From the IMG/VR virus record IMGVR_UViG_3300007863_000017, positions 1 through 25,701 of that record: a stretch of DNA of 25,701 nucleotides. The stretch is one strand, 5' to 3'. This DNA is from a virus (lineage: Duplodnaviria; Caudoviricetes). Position 1 is the first letter of the stretch; each line of letters begins with the position of its first letter. Shown here one piece after another: positions 16,140 to 23,142 of this stretch. The position numbers and the translations under genes are program-made. A model generated the notes under the pieces. The model did no database searches. It was not told the origin of the DNA and saw nothing but the letters and a program-made list of their open reading frames with translations.

Positions 16140-17078
16140 TCAAGTGTAAACCAAGGTAAACTCATCATTTCCAGCAGTAGAGGGAACCGCTGTATATGGG
16201 ATGTTGAGCATCGCAATGCCATCCTGATCTCCGTAGCTCACGTCACCAATGTCAATCTTGGTACTAGCAAAATCAACAATATTTCCGGCTGTTGTCCCGT
16301 GCTGGAACGTTAGGTTGCCCAACGTACCATCAGTGAGAGCAGCAGCAAAGTAATCCTTGGTTCCAATAGCAACCATTTCAATGGTGACGCTACCGCTTGC
16401 ACTGCGATCAGTAATCAAGACTTCTTTGGTGCAACCAATCAATTCGCGATAAACAATGGAATTACCAATGTCCATAGTTACTGACTGCAAGCACCCAGAG
16501 TATGACAACAGTGAGAACGTATCAGTGTTTCCGTTCTTGAAGATCAGCGGGGTTGCTTGGTTTGCGTAAGTAACGGTAGGCAGTGCTGAGTCGTCAGGAG
16601 CGTTGTAGATGCCGGTGAAGCTGAAGTCGATGGATGGAATCTCACCAACATTTGCATTCAAAGTGAATGTTCCTCTAGCACCAGTCACCTTGTGGCGGAC
16701 ACCATCAATGTTGTAATGAATGGTGATTGAACTAAAGCTTGCGCTTACTGGTGCGTAAGTAACTGAAGCGCCAGAAGCTACTGTTTCACTAAGGCCACAA
16801 GCCTTGAGCGCCCTGCCATATTGTGGAGCAGTACCAGCAGCACCAGATCCAGCCAACTCAACGCTGAATGTACACTCAACACGAGTGTTGGCTAACAGCT
16901 GCTCGGATGCCCCAAGATATGGGCGAACTAGATCTCTGCTAACAACATCACTCTGCTGAGGAGTTATGCTTAGATCCCTTACCAGGACTGCGTCGGTCCC
17001 CGTTGGGGTTGGGTCTGTTCCGTAGCTTGACTCCGTTTCGATCAGAATCAGTCGTTTCCGTAGAAGAAGTGGTGCCAT
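16140..17078 (-). CDS. Major tail tube protein (312 aa)
   Basis: Beta-rich; IETESSYGTDPTP, VELAGSG.AGTAP.YG..LKACG, GARG, GEIP; lies upstream of the G/GT chaperones and is followed by a terminator. Confidence 0.88.
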   Translation of the reverse strand: MAPLLLRKRLILIETESSYGTDPTPTGTDAVLVRDLSITPQQSDVVSRDLVRPYLGASEQLLANTRVECTFSVELAGSGAAGTAPQYGRALKACGLSETVASGASVTYAPVSASFSSITIHYNIDGVRHKVTGARGTFTLNANVGEIPSIDFSFTGIYNAPDDSALPTVTYANQATPLIFKNGNTDTFSLLSYSGCLQSVTMDIGNSIVYRELIGCTKEVLITDRSASGSVTIEMVAIGTKDYFAAALTDGTLGNLTFQHGTTAGNIVDFASTKIDIGDVSYGDQDGIAMLNIPYTAVPSTAGNDEFTLVYT

Positions 17079-17184
17079 TTTCTTGTTGGGGGTCGGCGGG
17101 AAGTGTTCGCTGAATCAGAGTGCGTTTTCCGGTTTCTGGATCGAGAAGATACGACCCACCCTGATCGCTGTACTCGTCTTGCAT
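16948..17184 (-). CDS. Small hypothetical protein upstream of and overlapping tail tube gene (78 aa)
   Basis: Fills the 17079-17209 gap; ordered-looking N-terminus (GGSYLLDPETGKRTLIQRT); the low-complexity tail overlaps the tube gene by 131 nt. Confidence 0.55.
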   Translation of the reverse strand: MQDEYSDQGGSYLLDPETGKRTLIQRTLPADPQQENGTTSSTETTDSDRNGVKLRNRPNPNGDRRSPGKGSKHNSSAE

Positions 17185-17209
17185 CGTAATCCTTGTGGCT
17201 GCTCAAACT

Positions 17210-17638
17210 TTAAGACGTGGCAAGGTTTGCCACCTGAGTGCGATAAAGCACTTCATAATCACAGGAGAAAACACCCGCAGGCTGGTCCGCATCAAAGAAA
17301 TCGAAATTAGTGATAACAGGCTGAATATCAATAGCCAAGCCGCCTAAGGTCAAGTCCGCCATAAGCAATGCATGCATCGACTCAATAACTGGGTCGGCAT
17401 CAGTGTATGCATTGGGAGATCGAACAGTAACGATGACCCTGACTCTCATGGTCCAGTCAAGCTTTGGAAGGCTTGTATTCTGCTGACAGGTGTCGGTTGT
17501 TGGCTCAACAATGATTGCAGGAGACTCTGCCCGTGCAATAGCAGTCACCCTGGATCGATATACCCTCCCACTTACGCCAGCAGTGCTGGCCAGCGTTGTA
17601 GAGATCTTTGCCAGAATTTGCTCGCGCTTAGTAGTCAT
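17210..17638 (-). CDS. Tail terminator protein, lambda gpU-like (142 aa)
   Basis: REQIL..I...L...GRVYRSR......ESPAIIV...D.TLGGLA..I...Y.V.YRT; size and position fit. Confidence 0.75.
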   Translation of the reverse strand: MTTKREQILAKISTTLASTAGVSGRVYRSRVTAIARAESPAIIVEPTTDTCQQNTSLPKLDWTMRVRVIVTVRSPNAYTDADPVIESMHALLMADLTLGGLAIDIQPVITNFDFFDADQPAGVFSCDYEVLYRTQVANLATS

Positions 17639-17922
17639 GGATTCTTCATCAGCATAATTTCACAGAAAGCACCGTCATCAATAAAAGCTGCACTTCTGAC
17701 GGTATAAAAAGTTCCGTCAACTGTAATGGCTGAGTTATGAAGTAATCCTCCAAATTTTGAAGACTCGCAAGTCAGCTTATAATCTGTCGTAAGGATAACT
17801 CCATCTGCAATAATTTCTGCAGGCATGTCCAATATGCCGAGCCCTTCAACGTTGCCAGCAAAAACCGGGACAGCAAAGTCACTACTGCTCAGGAATACGC
17901 TTAAGTCTTCTGTGAATGCCAT
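17635..17922 (-). CDS. Head-tail joining/closure protein, lambda gpFII-like (95 aa)
   Basis: GILD.P, ITVDGT.YTVR....DDG pattern; lies between head and tail genes. Confidence 0.72.
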   Translation of the reverse strand: MAFTEDLSVFLSSSDFAVPVFAGNVEGLGILDMPAEIIADGVILTTDYKLTCESSKFGGLLHNSAITVDGTFYTVRSAAFIDDGAFCEIMLMKNP

Positions 17923-17930
17923 GGGATAAA

Positions 17931-17952
17931 GCGCCTAGCAAAAGCTAGGCGC
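17931..17952 (-). promoter_or_regulatory. Perfect 9-bp hairpin after head genes (weak terminator or mRNA-stabilising stem)
   Basis: GCGCCTAGC-AAAA-GCTAGGCGC; on the minus strand it is followed by TTTATCCC and then the ATG of the FII-like gene. Confidence 0.65.
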
Positions 17953-17961
17953 ATGCAGTGA

Positions 17962-18333
17962 TCAGGCGTACTTCAAAGCACCAAAAGCATTGACGCTATA
18001 GGTGTGAGTTGAAGTAGATACTGTCGAAACAGCTTTGATGAAACGCTTTGCATTCCCTTTGGCGAAAACCAAGGTCTGCTTGCTAGCGGAAGTGCTCACT
18101 TGGGTGAAAGCAACGCCAGCCACGTCGCCGTAAGTGCCGCTGCTGGTGTCAGACGATTGAATTTTGACATCTAAAGTTGATGTTCCGCCATTCTCGACAT
18201 CGAGGATCACGCATACATCACCTTCATAGTCATTCAAGTCAACAGCAGTGCCGTCAAGAGCCGAAGTGCGTGAGGCCGTTGGTGCTAACGCAAAATGCGA
18301 AAGCTTTTCAAGGCCAACAGAAAGAATTGTCAT
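17962..18333 (-). CDS. Probable capsid decoration/cement protein (123 aa)
   Basis: Beta-sandwich pattern (GTAVDL..YEG, TLDVKIQSSDT..GTY.DV, KRFIK); downstream of the capsid gene. Confidence 0.55.
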   Translation of the reverse strand: MTILSVGLEKLSHFALAPTASRTSALDGTAVDLNDYEGDVCVILDVENGGTSTLDVKIQSSDTSSGTYGDVAGVAFTQVSTSASKQTLVFAKGNAKRFIKAVSTVSTSTHTYSVNAFGALKYA

Positions 18334-18572
18334 TAGTCTTCTCCAGTAGGTTGTTTAGTCCGCCCACGCCGAGCAGAAGGCTTAGAAGCGCGAGAAGGCG
18401 CTTTAGGTGGACAAGATGGGGCTGTCTCAACGACAGGCTCAAGATCTGTAAAGACCTTAGCTTTGCCGCTACCAACAAGAAACGTTGCGATGTTCTGCTC
18501 AAGTTCAACAAAAGAGCCTGCTTCCACAGGCTCTCCGTTGATCATCACATTGCGTGTGATCTCAACTTTCAT
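18333..18572 (-). CDS. Small head-associated hypothetical protein (79 aa)
   Basis: MKVEITRNV.ING...EAGSFVEL...A..LV..GKA domain plus basic Pro-rich tail; lies right after the capsid gene and shares a TAATG overlap with the next gene. Confidence 0.65.
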   Translation of the reverse strand: MKVEITRNVMINGEPVEAGSFVELEQNIATFLVGSGKAKVFTDLEPVVETAPSCPPKAPSRASKPSARRGRTKQPTGED

Positions 18573-18577
18573 GAGTA

Positions 18578-21037
18578 TCAGGTGCCAAGGCAGAATGCAC
18601 CAGGCTGCTTGACAGCAAAGTCAACATCCTGAAGTGCAATCACGCGAACAGTGCCAGCAGTTGCGCCAGCATAAGGATCAACAGTCAGATCCAAGCCAGA
18701 CCACATACCCATGCAGAACATGGAGAAATCACCAAACAAAGTATCGTTATTAGCGAGTTGGTTTGAAACGATTACTGGGTAACCATTGATTTCGTTGTCG
18801 GCAAAGACAAACTCACCGCTACCGGCGTCTTTCTTGGCAAACTTGAGTCCGCCGCGAGATGTTGCGTTCACGATGTAACGCAGTGCGCCAGCATCAGCGT
18901 TAGCTGTTGCCACATCGGTTTCCATGCCGATCAGCTGCTCAAAAGTACCAACGCCAGTCAAGGTTTGTGTTCCAATGCCTGTGACGTTAGTCAAGCCTTG
19001 AGGCTGATTAGAAGAACCGGTGCCATAGATAGCAGCACGGTCAATTTCAAGTGCGATCACACGAGCAAGGTCATTGCGAACCATGCCTTCAACGTCGATG
19101 CTGCTTTGAAGCAGAAGACGACGGCTGTAATCAACAAATGCACCCACGGTCTTGGGGGTCATGTTGACCTGATCAATTGCCTGCTGGCTTTCAGTTGGCG
19201 CAGCGTTTTCGCCAACCCAGTAAGCACTTGCCGCTGAGGTCTGGCGTGGAATTGAAATGTTGCCCTGCAATCCAGTCAGCATCGTTGCGCCAGCTTGGGC
19301 AATTGCCAAGCGGTTGCGAAGTAGCTCAATGAATGAACCAGATAGAAGCACATCGTCAACTAAATCACCACCAGCTGTAGGCGTGCCTACAACCAAGTCG
19401 CGACGAAGGACTTCGTTAGGAATAACGATGCCATTTGAAGAACGCTCGTACTGCTTAGCAGCAGCTTCGCCAACTTCAATTTCAAAGGAGGCGTCACGAC
19501 GAGCCTGAGCATCACCCTGATTAGAGAGATAGTTCAGAGCTTTGACAAAGCTGAAGCTGCGGGTCTCCTTATCGGAAAGACCGATGTCGTTGGCGGTGAT
19601 GCTGTGTTCCACGGGTTGAGTTCCGATTTTTTCGAGGACAGCAGCGCGAGCCTCGTCAACGGATTGACCGCCGGAGATTAATTCGCGTGCAAGATCGGAG
19701 AGGTTATGACGCTCGCCGAGTTTGTTGATGGATGCAATCCGGTTACGTTCGGCCTCTACGGCCTCAGACCGGATCACCTCCACATCAGTTGTGGTGCTTT
19801 CCATGACTTCCTCAGTCACTGTGTTTACGGGAGATGCGGTCGAAGCCGCAACATCAGAGTCAACGCTCTCTAAAGAACGATCAACTCCAACATCTAAGTC
19901 AGAATCGACGCTCTGAAGAGAACGACCAACTCCAACAGTTGGATCAGCTGGGATGACAGCCAAACTCACCTCATAAGGCGACCAATTAGTCGCTACAAGG
20001 CTGTCTTCGCGCTCCTCCATCTTGTCAATGGAGTAGCCGAAAGAAACGCCGCGAAGGATTCCATCGCGAACGTCTTGGAGCACTTCTTGCGCAAATTTAT
20101 TGCGCGAAAAGCGCACCTTGGCGTAACCGCGTTTCTTCTCTCCATCAATCCAAGCACGTTCGACAACGCCGATCATGCGGTTTGGATCATGGTTATAAAG
20201 AAGCGGTGCGCCATCGTTGAGCCGCGAAAGATCTGCAGACTCATAGCCATGGCTCAAGACCTCGTTTCCAAAGTAACGAGCCACGGGATATTCAGAGCTG
20301 AATGGAAACTCCATGCTCCGTTCATCAAGCATGTTGAAACTTGTCGCCTCAACACGCTTGAATTTCGTTCCTTCAAGGTCGCGAGACAATTCTTTTTCGG
20401 AATTCTCTTCTGCGACAACATCAGTCACCTCCGAAGTAAGCTCCATTGCGCGTAATGCTTCGATCTTTGTCAGTGTACTGAATCTATGTCCAACATAAAC
20501 ATCAGTTTCTTCCCAACCATCAGAGCCCTCACGATAAATTTGAATTAAAGCGGCGGGGTCGTCCTCTTCTCCATTGATTACGACATCCGTATTGGGGACT
20601 TCGATCTGGCCATCACGGACAATTCTGGTGATTTTGCCTTGAGCAGTGCCGCCAGAAGAACTCCAGCGAACAAAATTGCCAACCGTTAATCCGTCAGGTT
20701 CAGCCCGTGATTCGTTTTCCATTGAGCGATCCATAGATTCAACAATTCGATCTGACCATGTTTTACCAGCATCTCCGCCCCAAGCAGCCCAAGCGACACG
20801 ACCTGGGGAAGGGTAACCCTCCTCTCCAGGGCTAAACCCCTCAGCTTTTTTGTCTACTTCATGGCGAGCAAACCATGCGCTCATTGCAACGATGACATCA
20901 TCGCTAAGCTCGTTCCCACTCAAAATTTGAGTAGCACGACGCGCAGCGACTTCAGTGCCGCCTTTCTCTCCTTCTGATTTCCAGCCTCTATAACGTTGCG
21001 CCTCTTCGCGCATACCCTCAGTTGGCATTGCAGGCAT
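18578..21037 (-). CDS. Head polyprotein: accessory domains + HK97-type prohead protease + scaffold + major capsid protein (819 aa)
   Basis: Protease motifs PLLYNHD (H283), GVSFGY (S332), PYEVSL..IPAD; HK97-fold capsid motifs IPRQT...AYWVGE, PKTVGA...SRRLLLQS, ING.PV..SN, FGDFS. Confidence 0.93.
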   Translation of the reverse strand: MPAMPTEGMREEAQRYRGWKSEGEKGGTEVAARRATQILSGNELSDDVIVAMSAWFARHEVDKKAEGFSPGEEGYPSPGRVAWAAWGGDAGKTWSDRIVESMDRSMENESRAEPDGLTVGNFVRWSSSGGTAQGKITRIVRDGQIEVPNTDVVINGEEDDPAALIQIYREGSDGWEETDVYVGHRFSTLTKIEALRAMELTSEVTDVVAEENSEKELSRDLEGTKFKRVEATSFNMLDERSMEFPFSSEYPVARYFGNEVLSHGYESADLSRLNDGAPLLYNHDPNRMIGVVERAWIDGEKKRGYAKVRFSRNKFAQEVLQDVRDGILRGVSFGYSIDKMEEREDSLVATNWSPYEVSLAVIPADPTVGVGRSLQSVDSDLDVGVDRSLESVDSDVAASTASPVNTVTEEVMESTTTDVEVIRSEAVEAERNRIASINKLGERHNLSDLARELISGGQSVDEARAAVLEKIGTQPVEHSITANDIGLSDKETRSFSFVKALNYLSNQGDAQARRDASFEIEVGEAAAKQYERSSNGIVIPNEVLRRDLVVGTPTAGGDLVDDVLLSGSFIELLRNRLAIAQAGATMLTGLQGNISIPRQTSAASAYWVGENAAPTESQQAIDQVNMTPKTVGAFVDYSRRLLLQSSIDVEGMVRNDLARVIALEIDRAAIYGTGSSNQPQGLTNVTGIGTQTLTGVGTFEQLIGMETDVATANADAGALRYIVNATSRGGLKFAKKDAGSGEFVFADNEINGYPVIVSNQLANNDTLFGDFSMFCMGMWSGLDLTVDPYAGATAGTVRVIALQDVDFAVKQPGAFCLGT
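19854..19937. repeat. 45-bp-period tandem duplication in protease-capsid linker
   Basis: 19854-19892 vs 19899-19937 match at 33/39 nt; encodes VGVGRSLQSVDSD / VGVDRSLESVDSD. Confidence 0.88.
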
Positions 21038-22518
21038 TACTCAGCTTCCTCCGGTGGCTCTTCAATGATGTCACGATCAAGTTCAACATTAAGATCTGCG
21101 GCTACTTGCTGCTCTCTAGAGAACTCAGTCAAGTTGTCATAGAAATCACCGCCAAGCTTCGCGACAATCTGAGCCTTTGTCATGTATCCAGCCTGTTCCA
21201 TCTGGCGATAAGCCTTGGCTTCTTTCAATGGGTCAACCCAATCCCAACCTCGTGCCATCCATCGTGGACGGTCATAACGCTCAGGACGTGAGTCGTAATC
21301 ATCAAACGGAAGCTCACCCGCTAAAACAGCAAGATTCAACCATTCACGGAAGACCCGATTATGGAAATTTTCAATCAAATAAGACTGAATAACCTTCCAA
21401 TGCTCGCGATCTTCAAGCAAACTCAGTCTGCTGCTGCTGTAGTTCGTCTCACTGAAGTCGCGACTAAGAGTCTCATAACTACAGCCAAAACCTGACGCAA
21501 AACGCCGAACCTTGTTCTTTACGAACATCTCGTACTGCTGATCAGGTGAACTGATGTTTGGCACCTCAATTCCTTGACCCGGCTCCAAATACTTCCACAT
21601 GCCAGGCTGAAACTCACTAATTCTCTGCTCAGCTTCAACGTCGTCACCATCAAGCTCTCCCTCAGGACTTGTAACAAATCCCATTACTGACGCGCCAGCG
21701 CGAGCGCGAATCACAGCGGCTTCCTCGTAGCCCTGTAACTGATGAGCATCAGCCATTACTGAATGGAACCAAGGAACACCGCGATGTTGTTGGGGACGTT
21801 CAGGGATAAACAAATGAATTACGTCTTCTGCAGGCAGAAAAACATGCTTTTCACCTTTCTGAGGTGCATTTTGGAACCAATAGTCGCCAGGATGGCGAGT
21901 TAAGAACGCATAACGAACCGGACGACCCCATTCATTAATTTCAACTCCCATCCTCCACTCGTTTAATTTCGCAAGAGTTGGCCCTTGGTACTCCTCATCT
22001 AAAACATCAGATTCGATCATTTCGAGGGCTAGCGGAACCCTGCTGCCCCCAAATGAACGCCGAATGATGCGAAACAATGCTTCTCCTGACTCAGGCAAAG
22101 CACCTGTCGCCAGCCATTCCATCATGTGAAAAGTGTGCCGACCTGAAACATCGCAATATTGAGCCCTAGTCCAAAGGTGCCACTTCTCTTCAATAAGACG
22201 ATTGATCGCTTCACTTCCCTTTCGACCACGAATCTGCTGAACTTGAGACTGAATCTTTATCCCGCTACCAACAACATTGACTTGAGTTGTCCGCTTGGCT
22301 TGCTTCGCATACGGATTATTCCGCACCATCTCACGCGAACGATCGCGCAACTTACTCAAACTGTTGCGAATCTCAGCATCAGCACTTGAGCGGGTGCTCA
22401 TCCAATCGCTAGTAAGACGCGAAACAATTGCGCCTGCATAGTTCCGACGACGACGAGGTAAATCGCGTTGTAAAGGCTGCAGCCCGAGCCTTTTTAGAAA
22501 TTGTGTACGGAATCCCAT
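21037..22518 (-). CDS. Portal protein, lambda family (493 aa)
   Basis: LRDRSR..VRNN.YA, VVGSGI, GVE....GRPV.Y, R.QQ.RGVPW, YE.LSRDFS..NYSSSR, WVDPLKE. Confidence 0.95.
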   Translation of the reverse strand: MGFRTQFLKRLGLQPLQRDLPRRRRNYAGAIVSRLTSDWMSTRSSADAEIRNSLSKLRDRSREMVRNNPYAKQAKRTTQVNVVGSGIKIQSQVQQIRGRKGSEAINRLIEEKWHLWTRAQYCDVSGRHTFHMMEWLATGALPESGEALFRIIRRSFGGSRVPLALEMIESDVLDEEYQGPTLAKLNEWRMGVEINEWGRPVRYAFLTRHPGDYWFQNAPQKGEKHVFLPAEDVIHLFIPERPQQHRGVPWFHSVMADAHQLQGYEEAAVIRARAGASVMGFVTSPEGELDGDDVEAEQRISEFQPGMWKYLEPGQGIEVPNISSPDQQYEMFVKNKVRRFASGFGCSYETLSRDFSETNYSSSRLSLLEDREHWKVIQSYLIENFHNRVFREWLNLAVLAGELPFDDYDSRPERYDRPRWMARGWDWVDPLKEAKAYRQMEQAGYMTKAQIVAKLGGDFYDNLTEFSREQQVAADLNVELDRDIIEEPPEEAE

Positions 22519-23105
22519 CAGCCTTGGTTAAATCGAACGTAAAGATTGTGAGGATCGCCAAGACCAGAAGCGATCAGCTTGGCTTTATTCTCCCTAGCCA
22601 CAATAGACTTCAATCTTGACTCAAGTTCTATTAATTCCGAAAGGTCATAACGCTTTAAATTACGAGTTCCGATTTTGTACTCAGAAACAGCGCCACCAGC
22701 CACGATGGACCTAACAGCTGCTTTTACAGCATCCAAATCTTTCTGAGCCTGCGTTCTCCCGTCAAAAGCTCCAGGCATACCCGTATACGCCAATGACGGA
22801 CGGATCTCAATCTGCCCTCGGCTGTACTCCTGAACAGTGTTGTCACTGGTTTTTGTCAGGACAGCCTGGAAAAACCAGCTGGGGCTTGGATCCACTACTG
22901 CAGTTACAGCAGCTGTCAAAGTCGTTTTCCAGCCGCTGTTATAAGCAACTGCTGTTGCTGTTAACCCCTGCGCATTTGTATTAAGGCGGAAATAGTAAAC
23001 GAGGTTATGAGTCGAGCTGGTTACAGCATCGCCAAACACGTCAAGAGTCTCGGCATCAACCCATACCGCATCCACGCCGCTTGTTATGGATGGAAGGATT
23101 GCCAT
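22518..23105 (-). CDS. Head completion/adaptor protein with gpW-like C-terminus and extra N-terminal domain (195 aa)
   Basis: C-terminal LDAVKAA...GGAVSEYKIGTRNLKRYDLSEL..L; occupies the lambda W position between terL and portal. Confidence 0.75.
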   Translation of the reverse strand: MAILPSITSGVDAVWVDAETLDVFGDAVTSSTHNLVYYFRLNTNAQGLTATAVAYNSGWKTTLTAAVTAVVDPSPSWFFQAVLTKTSDNTVQEYSRGQIEIRPSLAYTGMPGAFDGRTQAQKDLDAVKAAVRSIVAGGAVSEYKIGTRNLKRYDLSELIELESRLKSIVARENKAKLIASGLGDPHNLYVRFNQG

Positions 23106-23142
23106 CTACAAACACGTCACTTGATATTGAGCATTCTAACTC

